A DNA stretch of 64,000 nt. Origin: Ignavibacteriota bacterium (GTDB lineage: Bacteria; Bacteroidota; Ignavibacteria; UBA10030). Made by a program: the position numbers and the translations under genes. The stretch's first letter is position 1. Every line of letters starts with the position of its first letter. Shown here piece after piece: positions 20,045-29,776 of this stretch. Below the pieces are notes generated by a model. That model worked only from the letters and a program-made list of their open reading frames with translations, was not told the DNA's origin and made no database searches. The DNA lies in contig CAVSHO010000011.1 of NCBI GenBank assembly GCA_963727825.1, positions 395,282-459,281 on the forward strand, written 5' to 3'.

Positions 20045-23000
20045 TCAGTCGTCCATGAAATCTCTTTTCTTTTCCCACTCCATTTGTCTTCTCAAGCTTG
20101 AAATATGTTTTTCAATCAACTGTTTGTGTTCAAGAAGATCAGACTTATTGAAAATTAACAAGAGAGATTCAAAATAGTCAATCTCCTCTTTAAGAACGGG
20201 GACATGGCTTCCACTCCATGACTTGATACTTGGTTCTAACGAAAGTTTCTCGAAATCCTTGAATCTTTTATTGAATGCAACAAAAAGAGTTATGTACCTT
20301 TTTCGTCTCTCCGGTTCAAATGAGGCAATTACAAGAAAGATCAATTTCATTACTGCAGAATTTTGATTTTGCTTTTCTATAAGGTCTCCAATGAATTTGT
20401 CCTGCCTTTCCTTTATCAACTCCATATCCCGTGCATCTTGTCGAAGTACAAAAAAAGTTTCTAGATACGAATCGAATATCATTTCCCTTCTTAGCTCAAT
20501 CGCAAGGACACAATCCACGATTCGAGTTATAACCTTTTCAAAGTCGTTTCGTCGCCACAAAAACGAATAATCATGTGAATCATCGTGTTTACTTAAACAT
20601 TCCTTTTTATTGTACATCCAGTGTATATAATCAATCATTATACTGGAGTCGACATCAAGAATCTTGTTGATTGTCGTCCCGTTATAATCTGCATCTGGGT
20701 CCACTTCAAGCACACAGAAGAAAGCCTCCTTTAACAGATCAAAGTGATCTTGATATATTTCAATAATTTTCTTGTTGACTTCTAAGTACGAATTAAAGAG
20801 AAGAGAGAGACAAAACCCGAATCGACGATCTTTTCTCGACTTACGAAGTACCACTCTCGTTATGCGGATAAACAAATGCTTATCAAATTCCCAATACTTG
20901 AGTAAGTAATCCAAGTGATGAGGTGGTTCATCTCGCATCGCTCTTTTGTATAATCGATAGACCTGTTTTGCCCTACTTCTTGTAACTTCGCTAGGAGGGA
21001 TCGTTTGGTAGTATGCAAACAACCACTTGCGTTGAGTTGAATATGGTACTTTTCGACGAATCCAGAGTACTAAAAGTAATGCAAATCTAACAACTGCATT
21101 TGCATTACTAATTGGTAATCTAAGAATAGCAAGGACACCGGTCGTATCAAGCACTTTGAAAAGTCTATCCACCAAAACAGGTGAATCCAGGGCGAAGGGG
21201 TCACCGTTTGTCAGGTAATATTGAATAACATTTTTATATAGTTCCAAATCACGCTCAGCAAAAGAAATGAGAACTTCGGTAACACCTTCTTTAAATTGGA
21301 ATTCTCTATTGGTCCCCTTAACTGTAGCCCATATTTGACTACAACTATCAAAGAATTGCTTATAATCGATCATGATAAATTTGCTAAAATGCTCAGCAAT
21401 TCGATGCAGTTTCAATTTCTTGTATTCTTCATATTCCAGATTTAGGTTTCTCATCTCGATATGATCGTCGAAGAGGATCTTAGTCAGTTCGTGAGTTTTA
21501 TTTGTGAATGTAGATCTCAGCTTCTGATCGAAGGACACTTTATGATTCTCAAAAAGATCAAGTAGATTGTGGACTAACACACAATCCAAATAGTTATCTG
21601 GGTTAAGTTTTGAGACCACAAATTGAATTATTTCAGTCGAATCCTTTTCGACAATCTCATCGACAGAAATGGAGTACCCCGAAGAGCTATAATGTTTGAG
21701 AGTAATAAGGACTTGAGCACGAAGTTCAGGAATGTTGTAAAGTTCGAATAAGTTTTTCCAAATTTCACATCTTAATTCATTGAGTGCAGGCGTTAGCGGT
21801 AGTTGAAAATCGATGATATTGACTGCGTAGCGATCTGTAGACTCTACTGTATGAAATCGTGTTTGAAGATAATTGGTATATAGGAGGAACTGTAGTTTCG
21901 TGAGTATTAAATCTGTGCTTTTATGTGTTCTCTCCCACAAAGTCTCTACGACGGTTCTCTGCATATAGAAATCACGTAAGTACGACTTTTGTTGAAATCC
22001 AAATGCCTCGGTTAATATGTAATATACTTTTGGCAGGTCAGCAGGACGTTTCTGAAGATAGTCGTAGATAAGAGCCAAGGCAACTTTTAGGTTTTCTTCG
22101 CCTGACTGGTTGAACTTTTTTAGAACACTTAATATTGAAGGCGAATGTATATTTGAGTCTGGCTTGATTTCGTCGTCAGATTGCGGTGTTGCGTCTGGCT
22201 CTAAGTTTGATATCGATTCTTTGATGCAAACAAGAACATCCGTTTCTTTTGCAAACCAGAAAGCCTCACAAAGAGATAGAATCAATTCAGTATTCCCGAC
22301 AGCATAAAAGTTGTCCCAAACGCGATCGATATCTTTTCGCACTTTGTTCATAAGTTGATCGCTATAGAATGCATTCAATACGGGATAGAAGGAGTCATAA
22401 AGACGTTCTTTGTGCTTAGGGAAGTAAGTTATTAAGAGGTCTGCGAAACTCAACGCCCTTTGTTTGAAGAAGCAGAGATAGAATATATACGTCGCAAGAA
22501 CTTGATCGGAGAAGCGAACAACTTCGTTCTCCCATAAGTCAAGAATCTCTGTTTCATGAAGTCTCACCGCATAGTTCCAAAAGGAGTCCTTAGAAAAACC
22601 AAATGAAGTTTCAATCGACTTCATCATTTCTTGATTGGTTTTATCAATAGATCGAAAGAAAGCCACCAATCCTGCTACGCCTACGATTGAACTGTCGCCA
22701 AGATCCTCGATGTCCTTTCGGATAGAACTGAAGTACTCGTCATAGAGACCAGAAACATCCGTGATGCTATCTAGCCTATTCTCATGACTGGCAACTCTGC
22801 CAGCCATAATTGCCAATCGTGGATTTCCTTTAGCTATATTAGCGATTCGATCAAGATATAGATGATTTTTGATGCCGCACTCATCTTCTACTAATTGTTT
22901 GATTTGATCCTTTTCAAAGTTAGGCAATTCTTTGTACTCGCTACAGCCGTAGACTTTAGAAGCATTTCTCACCTTATTTGCGGCATAATCACGTGTTGTC

Positions 23001-23875
23001 GCAATCAGTTTAATCCTTCTATTTTCGTTCTGCTGATGTAGTAATTGAAGTATATAGTCAAACTTATTAATGCGGTTTGCATCATCCACGAAGATTAGGT
23101 AGCATCCTGGTTCAGAGAAATGGACTTGAAGGTCGGTGAAGAGATCTGGGCCTCGATTGAAGATACAATACGCGTGGAACTCAGATTGTTCTTTTAGAAA
23201 CTCTCTACAACATTCGATTGCAAATCGGGATTTACCCACCCCTGCTTTGCCACCAATGATGACAAGATCACTCGATTTGAGGAGTTTAACTGCTTCTTTA
23301 AGCTCATTCTGCCGAAAATGGAAAGCAGTATCAAGAGGAGTTGCAAGAACGTTTTTGTTATAAGCTGAAACAAACTCATCAAGGTCTACAATCTGACCAG
23401 TGTCTACATCGATCTCAAGAAATTCTTTTGCAAGTCCAGGATACTTGAAAAGAATGTCATATGAGATGCGACTGGTTTCGAACAGATTGAGGTTGACTTG
23501 GTTCTTTTGACATTGTTCTCGTAGACTATCTATTTCCGATGTATTAAGTGGCGCTGTAAAGCAAAAGACTACTTCAGCTATCTTTGAGATGGAGATACCT
23601 GTTTTCGCATCATTAAAGCACTTTGTTAAATCGTTGTTTAATTTCTCGTAAAGATTGGTCTGTTGTGTTGTATGTTCAGCAAATATATACTTACCGTTCG
23701 GGAGGGATATTAATGTGTCCGGCGTACTTTTTCGAACCTTGTCCGCTCCGATAAAGGAACCGAGAGAATTTAACTGCTCGTACCCTTTTTTGTAAAGATA
23801 TGCGTCTGCGAACTTCTGGAAAGCTGCATCGCCTAACTCAAGTAACTTTTTTTGAATCTGGTTGAGTCTTGACAT
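20045..23875 (-). CDS. STAND-class P-loop NTPase with N-terminal PD-(D/E)xK-like domain; candidate anti-phage (Avs-like) protein
   Basis: Walker A GKAGVGKS, Walker B LIFVDDAN, ATTRDY, GNPRLA (GxP); N-terminal FQKFADAYL...TPD...AEHT; long helical C-terminus. Confidence 0.75.
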   Translation of the reverse strand: MSRLNQIQKKLLELGDAAFQKFADAYLYKKGYEQLNSLGSFIGADKVRKSTPDTLISLPNGKYIFAEHTTQQTNLYEKLNNDLTKCFNDAKTGISISKIAEVVFCFTAPLNTSEIDSLREQCQKNQVNLNLFETSRISYDILFKYPGLAKEFLEIDVDTGQIVDLDEFVSAYNKNVLATPLDTAFHFRQNELKEAVKLLKSSDLVIIGGKAGVGKSRFAIECCREFLKEQSEFHAYCIFNRGPDLFTDLQVHFSEPGCYLIFVDDANRINKFDYILQLLHQQNENRRIKLIATTRDYAANKVRNASKVYGCSEYKELPNFEKDQIKQLVEDECGIKNHLYLDRIANIAKGNPRLAIMAGRVASHENRLDSITDVSGLYDEYFSSIRKDIEDLGDSSIVGVAGLVAFFRSIDKTNQEMMKSIETSFGFSKDSFWNYAVRLHETEILDLWENEVVRFSDQVLATYIFYLCFFKQRALSFADLLITYFPKHKERLYDSFYPVLNAFYSDQLMNKVRKDIDRVWDNFYAVGNTELILSLCEAFWFAKETDVLVCIKESISNLEPDATPQSDDEIKPDSNIHSPSILSVLKKFNQSGEENLKVALALIYDYLQKRPADLPKVYYILTEAFGFQQKSYLRDFYMQRTVVETLWERTHKSTDLILTKLQFLLYTNYLQTRFHTVESTDRYAVNIIDFQLPLTPALNELRCEIWKNLFELYNIPELRAQVLITLKHYSSSGYSISVDEIVEKDSTEIIQFVVSKLNPDNYLDCVLVHNLLDLFENHKVSFDQKLRSTFTNKTHELTKILFDDHIEMRNLNLEYEEYKKLKLHRIAEHFSKFIMIDYKQFFDSCSQIWATVKGTNREFQFKEGVTEVLISFAERDLELYKNVIQYYLTNGDPFALDSPVLVDRLFKVLDTTGVLAILRLPISNANAVVRFALLLVLWIRRKVPYSTQRKWLFAYYQTIPPSEVTRSRAKQVYRLYKRAMRDEPPHHLDYLLKYWEFDKHLFIRITRVVLRKSRKDRRFGFCLSLLFNSYLEVNKKIIEIYQDHFDLLKEAFFCVLEVDPDADYNGTTINKILDVDSSIMIDYIHWMYNKKECLSKHDDSHDYSFLWRRNDFEKVITRIVDCVLAIELRREMIFDSYLETFFVLRQDARDMELIKERQDKFIGDLIEKQNQNSAVMKLIFLVIASFEPERRKRYITLFVAFNKRFKDFEKLSLEPSIKSWSGSHVPVLKEEIDYFESLLLIFNKSDLLEHKQLIEKHISSLRRQMEWEKKRDFMDD

Positions 23876-23929
23876 AATTCAATAATGGAGATTTAGTTTA
23901 TCCAACATAACGGTAAGGGAATGACACTT

Positions 23930-24246
23930 CCAACCAATCGTCTCATTTGGACGGATTCTAGCCCTGTATAAATATTTTTTTGGTACCAACGAATCTGCAT
24001 TCATCATACCAAACCTGTTTTGGGAAATTGAGCGTGAACTTTTGAGATATCCCTATATCTTTACATCTTGTTCAGAGGCAGAGTTGCGTAGTTTTTGTAA
24101 TCCTGCGAGACTCTAAAATAGAATCAAGCTTACGCTTGATACATTCTCAGGCCTCCGGCTGGTTTAATAGTACTTAGTTTTAAAGTTATACACAAGAATA
24201 AAACCCATTCACATTATCCAAATGGGCAGGCGCTGCAGTGTTGTGT
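23930..24246. repeat. Long fold-back intergenic element, copy A
   Basis: 37-bp core TTTGGTACCAACGAATCTGCATTCATCATACCAAACC (23979-24015) identical to copy C; GCCTCCGGC at 24151; CATTTGGA/TCCAAATG inverted ends. Confidence 0.85.
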
Positions 24247-24268
24247 GTATCTAGCGTTTGCGCTACTT

Positions 24269-25591
24269 TTACTCTTTTGGAATTCCTTTTTGTGTCACTA
24301 ACCTGTTCAACAATGCCGCGCAGTTGCCACTCTTATCGTGCTGCGAGACATACATTTGGAATTCATCATACGTGAGTATCTTTCCGAGGAAATCTCTGTA
24401 CAGGTCCTGCAAAAGAGCCTTCCACTGGTCATCGCCTAATTGAGTATGTAGCTTGCTGATAACAAGCGGGCCTTTGCCATAAAGGATCAGACCCTTTTCT
24501 TTAGTGTTCGGGTAATCGACATCAATAATTGGAACATCGTTTTCCTTCCCGGCAAACTTTTCATACTGTTTCACCGGTTCATGCAGCGCTTCATTGAATG
24601 CCTCTTCGCCCTTCGAGTGACGAACATACATAAGACGGAGATAATGCGGCAGAGAAATAGTAAGGAACCAGAAGCCGGGTTGATGGAACTTTGCGAAAAC
24701 ACCTGCACCTATCCACTGCTCCGCAATTGTGAGACGAAGACCATCAAAATCTCCCTTTCCCATTCCATTAAGCGAGGCTGAGCCGACCATTAACAGGCCG
24801 CTTGAAATATCAATCCCATCGAAATAGGGAACTTCAACCAGAGTCAGGCGTTCGTGAGGGTATTTTCCAATGACGTTTGTAAAAAAAGTGAATACATTTT
24901 TTGCTTCAGTCAAAATAGAATCGATAGAGATGGTATCGGTAGCCGAGGAGTAAATAACAATCTTCTTTCGCAGAACTTCACCGGAATCTTTCTTAAGCGA
25001 ACTTGATTTGAACACCACCAATGGCAACTTGAAGATAGGTATCCTGGTTTCCCAGACAAATTGAGAAGCGATGCCTGATTCTTTTATTTCAAGCAAATCG
25101 CCTGCCGAAAGGACAGTATAATCACGCGGGACTTCGCATCTCAGCCGCATTTTAGCTATCTGATCAGAAATGAGTGGATACCAGCGGCTTCCCCTGTCCA
25201 AGAGCAATAAGGAATCGCCGAGTGGGCTGATCGGGAAGGTGTATTTAAACTCAATCGTGAGTGTATCCGCCTGGCGCATTGTTAACGGAAAGTGCAACTG
25301 CAAAGTATCCCTGCCGACAAATTGAAACGGAATTTCTGACCAGCGGCCGTTTGTGAAAGACCGGACAGCCTGCAACCTGGAATCTGAGTTTAGCAATAAT
25401 ACTGACTGTGAGGTTGTATCGGTTTTTTGTATAAGACATGTCGCCGTTATATCGACCTTGTCATCATGTACACCAATTATAGCATCAATATCATACGAAA
25501 TGATATTGATTCCGTGACCTTGACTCATCGCAAATTGAGCTATAGAAGCAAGGAGTCCAAAGAGCATTAGTATGGTTCTATGATAATGCAT
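24269..25591 (-). CDS. M1 aminopeptidase-like secreted protein lacking the HEXXH zinc motif
   Basis: Signal peptide from ATG 25591; WYP, GKYP-ERL-LVE, AEQWIG, YGKGPLV; LTIAEQW replaces HExxHQW. Confidence 0.75.
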   Translation of the reverse strand: MHYHRTILMLFGLLASIAQFAMSQGHGINIISYDIDAIIGVHDDKVDITATCLIQKTDTTSQSVLLLNSDSRLQAVRSFTNGRWSEIPFQFVGRDTLQLHFPLTMRQADTLTIEFKYTFPISPLGDSLLLLDRGSRWYPLISDQIAKMRLRCEVPRDYTVLSAGDLLEIKESGIASQFVWETRIPIFKLPLVVFKSSSLKKDSGEVLRKKIVIYSSATDTISIDSILTEAKNVFTFFTNVIGKYPHERLTLVEVPYFDGIDISSGLLMVGSASLNGMGKGDFDGLRLTIAEQWIGAGVFAKFHQPGFWFLTISLPHYLRLMYVRHSKGEEAFNEALHEPVKQYEKFAGKENDVPIIDVDYPNTKEKGLILYGKGPLVISKLHTQLGDDQWKALLQDLYRDFLGKILTYDEFQMYVSQHDKSGNCAALLNRLVTQKGIPKE

Positions 25592-25806
25592 TACGTTTAT
25601 TGGGCAGACTCCATCCTTACGCAAATATTTCTTTGGTACCCACGAATCTGCATCTTACCAAACCTGTTTTGGAAAGATTGTTTTTGTTAACTGAGGACTT
25701 CCAATCATGCAGTGTCAGTGCCTCCGGCGTCTGCATGCTGGCAGTATGGTAATGAGTTTTCCATTTATCCGCAAGTAATTGGAAGCAAGATAATGTTGCC
25801 AATATT
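25587..25806. repeat. Long fold-back intergenic element, copy B
   Basis: TTTGGTACCCACGAATCTGCAT-CTTACCAAACCTGTTTTGG; GCCTCCGGC at 25720; TATTGG/CCAATA inverted ends. Confidence 0.8.
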
Positions 25807-25827
25807 TAAAAAATACTTCATTTTTCA

Positions 25828-25856
25828 TGTAACTTTTCCTTATATCGAAGATAGTA
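25828..25856 (+). promoter_or_regulatory. Possible autoregulatory ECF promoter (near-leaderless)
   Basis: TGTAAC (-35-like) at 25828-25833 about 35 bp before the sigma ATG; -10 not well defined. Confidence 0.3.
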
Positions 25857-25866
25857 TAGTATAGAT

Positions 25867-26376
25867 ATGAGCATGAATCTTCTCACGTTCAATCAGTTGT
25901 ATCACACATATGCAAAGGATGTGCACCGGTTTGCGTTCTGGCTGTGCGGCGATACGGATGAGGCGAACGATATTACGCTGGAAACGTTCGAGCGTGCATG
26001 GCTTACCGATTCCGAAATACGCACCGAGACCGTGAAAGCTTACCTATTCACGATTGCGCGGAATCGCTTTCTGTATAAACAGAAGCGGCATAAACGCCAC
26101 ACATCGCTTAACGAGGCAATGCCCGATAACGCAATGGCGTTAGAAACAAGAACAGAGCTTCAATCGGAATTGCAATTTACCTTAGAGGCAATGCAGCAAT
26201 TGCCGGAGATCGATCGGGCAGTATTGATTCTGCGAGCTGAAGAGGGATTATCATACGAAGAGATTGCACGCACAACCGGCTTAACAGTTGTCGCAGCAAA
26301 AGTAAAAGTGTTTCGCGCGCGCGCAAAATTAGTTTCTCTATTATCTAAAACCACAACAAGGAATTTCCATGAATGA
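25867..26376 (+). CDS. ECF RNA polymerase sigma factor
   Basis: Region 2 (EANDITLETFERAW...AYLFTIARN) and region 4 (LPEIDRAVLILR-EEGLSYEEIA...KVKVFRAR). Confidence 0.93.
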   Translation: MSMNLLTFNQLYHTYAKDVHRFAFWLCGDTDEANDITLETFERAWLTDSEIRTETVKAYLFTIARNRFLYKQKRHKRHTSLNEAMPDNAMALETRTELQSELQFTLEAMQQLPEIDRAVLILRAEEGLSYEEIARTTGLTVVAAKVKVFRARAKLVSLLSKTTTRNFHE

Positions 26377-27286
26377 TGATTTGATTACACAAGAAGTGCC
26401 TCAATCTTTTTTTCATCGCGTCTTCATTGGCAAGCAGGGAATTCGTGCCGGTTGGAGCATTGGCATCTTCTTTCTTCTTATGGGGTTGTTTACTGCAGCC
26501 TTCTTTATGCCGACCATAACTCTTCTTAAACATTACAATATATCACCAGAGGATATACAGCCTTTGTCGGCTTGCGCTACCGAGTTTGCCGCATTCCTCG
26601 GGCTGCTGACCGCCACAATGGTCATGTCCCGCATCGAACATAAGCCAATTATTTTTTACGGATTGGAAGGAACGCGTCGCTTTGTGCGATTTCTCTATGG
26701 ATTATTCTGCGGCGTGATCGCTCTTTCAATCCTGGTAGGCGTGTTGAATCTCAGCGGTTTGCTTATCTTCGATGGCCAGCAATTGTTCGGTAAAGCAGCA
26801 GCCGTATACGCAATAGGTTGGGGCGTTGGATTCTTTTTAGTCGGCCTCTATGAAGAATACTTAATGCGCGGATACATGATGGTTACATTAACGCGCGGCA
26901 TTGGATTCTGGTGGAGCGCCCTTGTTTTTTCCATTCTCTTCGGGTGCATTCACCTTCAAAATCCCGGAGAATCATCGGTGGGAATAATTTCCGCTGCACT
27001 CGTCGGTTTTGTTTTCTGCATCAGTCTCTGGTACTTAAAAAACCTCTGGTGGGCAATAGGTTTCCATGCCTCATGGGATTGGGCGGAATCTTATCTTTGG
27101 GGAACGGCGGACAGCGGAAGAGTTGTACAGGGACATCTGTTTGCCGTACATCCGCAGGGAAATATTCTTTTGAGCGGCGGCGCAACAGGTCCGGAAGGAA
27201 GTTTGCTGATTATACCACTGCTTCTCATTATAGCCGCATTGATGTGGCTGGCATGGGGACGGAATAAAAATGCCGCCGACAAATAA
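26369..27286 (+). CDS. CPBP (CAAX/Abi) family intramembrane metalloprotease
   Basis: EEYLMRG, FGCIH, AIGFHASWD, GPEGS motifs. Confidence 0.92.
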   Translation: MNDDLITQEVPQSFFHRVFIGKQGIRAGWSIGIFFLLMGLFTAAFFMPTITLLKHYNISPEDIQPLSACATEFAAFLGLLTATMVMSRIEHKPIIFYGLEGTRRFVRFLYGLFCGVIALSILVGVLNLSGLLIFDGQQLFGKAAAVYAIGWGVGFFLVGLYEEYLMRGYMMVTLTRGIGFWWSALVFSILFGCIHLQNPGESSVGIISAALVGFVFCISLWYLKNLWWAIGFHASWDWAESYLWGTADSGRVVQGHLFAVHPQGNILLSGGATGPEGSLLIIPLLLIIAALMWLAWGRNKNAADK

Positions 27287-27295
27287 TTTCATAAT

Positions 27296-27391
27296 GCGCG
27301 CAATTGACGTAACGATGGCTGTGAACGTAAAAGCGTTTCGTAAACGAGTAAAATTAGTTTCTTTATTTTCGATACAAGGAGAAGTTGTATG
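27296..27391 (+). pseudogene. Degenerate duplicate of the ECF sigma 3' end
   Basis: gtaaaagcgtttcgtaaacgagtaaaattagtttctttattttc...acaagga...atg matches gtaaaagtgtttcgcgcgcgcgcaaaattagtttctctattatc...acaagga...atg at 26266-26371. Confidence 0.75.
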
Positions 27392-27802
27392 AAGATAACT
27401 GAAGAAGTGATGAACGATCTGCTGCCGCTGTATTTTGCAACCGAATGCAGCAGCGATACAAAGAAGTTGGTGGAAGAATATTTTCAGGAACATCCGGAGT
27501 TTGAACAACAATCACGACAGAATTATAAAGATCCGTTTATCGAAAAAGATGTTCCTTCGCTGACGCCTACTGAAGAAGTGAAAGCATTGAAATCCACGCG
27601 GCGATGGATAAAGGTGCGGTCGTTCGTGCTTGCTTTCGCCATTTTCTTTTCGCTGTGCCCGTTTTCATATTATCATACCGACAACGGGTCAGCTTTTCTA
27701 TTCCTTGAACATCCATCTGAGGCGTTGATCTATGTACCGTTTGCAGTGGTATTCTGGTGTATTTATTTCGGCATGAAGCGAAGACTGCGAACGGGACAAT
27801 AG
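27389..27802 (+). CDS. Putative membrane anti-sigma factor (zf-HC2-like N-terminus)
   Basis: VMNDLLPLY...S-DTKKLVEEY N-terminus plus two TM helices. Confidence 0.75.
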   Translation: MKITEEVMNDLLPLYFATECSSDTKKLVEEYFQEHPEFEQQSRQNYKDPFIEKDVPSLTPTEEVKALKSTRRWIKVRSFVLAFAIFFSLCPFSYYHTDNGSAFLFLEHPSEALIYVPFAVVFWCIYFGMKRRLRTGQ

Positions 27803-27902
27803 TTTAGGATTTTTTAAATAAGATTTTTTTTAAACGAAATTGCTTTAACTAAGTCGATCTTATCCCTGCTGCCTAGCAGATGGCAACCAATGTCTGTAAT
27901 AG

Positions 27903-28120
27903 TGCATTGCATTTATTGGACACACTCTAGCCCTGCAAAAATGGTTCTTTGGTACCAACGAATCTGCATTCATCATACCAAACCAGTTCTAGAAAATTAA
28001 ACTACGAGTTGCTAAGACATCCCTGCTATTATGCCTCCGGCTGGTGTTATGGTACTTGGTTTTACAGTTATCTGCAAGAGTAAAATCTATTTGCCAGATC
28101 CCAATGAGCTAGCGGCGGCA
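27903..28120. repeat. Long fold-back intergenic element, copy C
   Basis: 37-bp core at 27948-27984 identical to copy A; GCCTCCGGCTGG at 28033; ATTGG/CCAAT inverted ends. Confidence 0.85.
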
Positions 28121-28339
28121 AGCCATCAATAGTGAGCTGGTTCAAGGATTCATTATAATAGATATTGCATTTCCGAAATATTCAAAGTACACTCATTCAG
28201 TTTCAACGATGTGCTCTACCTCAGCTCTATCGTTGTAATGGATGGAACACACCAAAAAAAACGTAACCAATTCCAGAGCGGTAAAAAAAACCTTCATTAA
28301 TACAATATCATCTACCACATATCAAGGAGATTGTCAATT

Positions 28340-28999
28340 ATGAATGCATCACTCAAATTGATTCTCTGGCTGCTTGCCGGCATTCTTTTACCGTTTGCTG
28401 CATTTTATTTATTGGGCAGCACGAATGATCACTGGACGTCTCTCAATATTGCAGGCGTTGTCACATTGATATTCCTTTTTGTTTTTCTCTGTTATTGTAT
28501 GCGCTCCCCTTTCTCCATTAAGACCCGCATTACAACCTGGACTATATTTGTTCTTGTCGCTGCTGTCGGTGCGATTGGTTGGAGAGGAATGGAAGGTTTA
28601 TCGAAGTACCAGCGCAGGACATTAATGGAAATACATACGATGATCACCAAAGGTATCCTTCAAGAAGAACTCTATACACCACTGCACAAAACGCTCGCTG
28701 CTTATTATGGTCAACCAGGAAAGAAGAAAGAGACACTCGGGCGAGTATTTCAACGATTGTATCCTAATGGAAAAGTTGGTGAAAATATTCATAATGTTCA
28801 TCAACAAGATCCAAAGGGAGACGATAGTCTTCGCGTTGTTGTCGCTGCTATTTCTGACAATGAAATTGGGCTTGTTGGGTACCACTATTATTCCAGAGGC
28901 ATAAATAAAGATTTTAAAAATTACAACGGCCGCTTCGGTTTTGTACAATCTATAGCAGTGATGACGGAGAAGGGAGTGCGCTATGAATCAGAAAACTGA
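28340..28999 (+). CDS. Hypothetical membrane protein (3 TM plus soluble C-domain)
   Basis: AAGGAGA SD before ATG 28340; overlaps the next gene. Confidence 0.75.
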   Translation: MNASLKLILWLLAGILLPFAAFYLLGSTNDHWTSLNIAGVVTLIFLFVFLCYCMRSPFSIKTRITTWTIFVLVAAVGAIGWRGMEGLSKYQRRTLMEIHTMITKGILQEELYTPLHKTLAAYYGQPGKKKETLGRVFQRLYPNGKVGENIHNVHQQDPKGDDSLRVVVAAISDNEIGLVGYHYYSRGINKDFKNYNGRFGFVQSIAVMTEKGVRYESEN

Positions 29000-29753
29000 T
29001 CCAAACAATGCATCCACATCGGAGTTCTCTCCTAAGTTTTTACGCTGGATCTCAATTACCACTCTTGGCGCACTGTTAATCGTTCTTGTTCCAGTACATC
29101 GGATTTATCCATATTCATTTAATATATTCCACAATCCTGCATTTCAAGCCATGGGAATAACGATCTCGATGGGGCTTAGCGAGTTTTCAGGTCATGTTCC
29201 TTGCATCAGCCCAAAAGAGCTTTTACACTTGATCACTGCCCTTGTACTCCTTTATATCATCGGACCGGTTCTCTGTTTGTACAGCTGGCGGATACTGGAA
29301 CAGAAAAAAGCTGCGGGTACCCCCATTACAAAGATCTTCAACATCTGGCCACTGTTGTTCATCATCGGTGGAGCCTTAATCTTTAGAATGGTTTTTTTTG
29401 AAGTAATTATGACTGCGAGCAATCGGATAGTCTCCGCACATTTGTACAAAGCTCAAGACGTGCAGAGAACCAAAGACCTCCTCATCTACGACCTTAATCA
29501 AGCTGCCTTTGAAGCGTACGATTACTGGATTCTTCCAAAATCACTTAGCGGCGGCAACGGGTCATATGAAGGATTTTGCCTCTCTCGACAGAGAGCAAAA
29601 AATGACAACGGAGAGATATTAATTGTCGAAGCGCGCTCCCAGACGATTACATTTCTTGCTGTTTCCTCGAAGAATCTTGTTAACACGATTATGGTCTCTG
29701 TCGATTCCATCGGACGAGCATCCCGGTGGACATATTCCGGAGACTATAAATAA
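28983..29753 (+). CDS. Hypothetical membrane protein (3 TM plus C-domain with AYDYWILPKSLSGGNGSY motif)
   Basis: 256-aa ORF in an operon-like arrangement. Confidence 0.75.
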   Translation: MNQKTDPNNASTSEFSPKFLRWISITTLGALLIVLVPVHRIYPYSFNIFHNPAFQAMGITISMGLSEFSGHVPCISPKELLHLITALVLLYIIGPVLCLYSWRILEQKKAAGTPITKIFNIWPLLFIIGGALIFRMVFFEVIMTASNRIVSAHLYKAQDVQRTKDLLIYDLNQAAFEAYDYWILPKSLSGGNGSYEGFCLSRQRAKNDNGEILIVEARSQTITFLAVSSKNLVNTIMVSVDSIGRASRWTYSGDYK

Positions 29754-29776
29754 TTACTTGAACTACGGAGGATTCT

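Noticed and set aside
23930-28120. c-di-GMP-I riboswitch (GCCTCCGGC resembles part of one) or CRISPR array
   Set aside because: The GGCAAAC...GAAA...GACGCAAA elements are absent; copies are kilobases apart with whole genes between them, and there are no cas genes.
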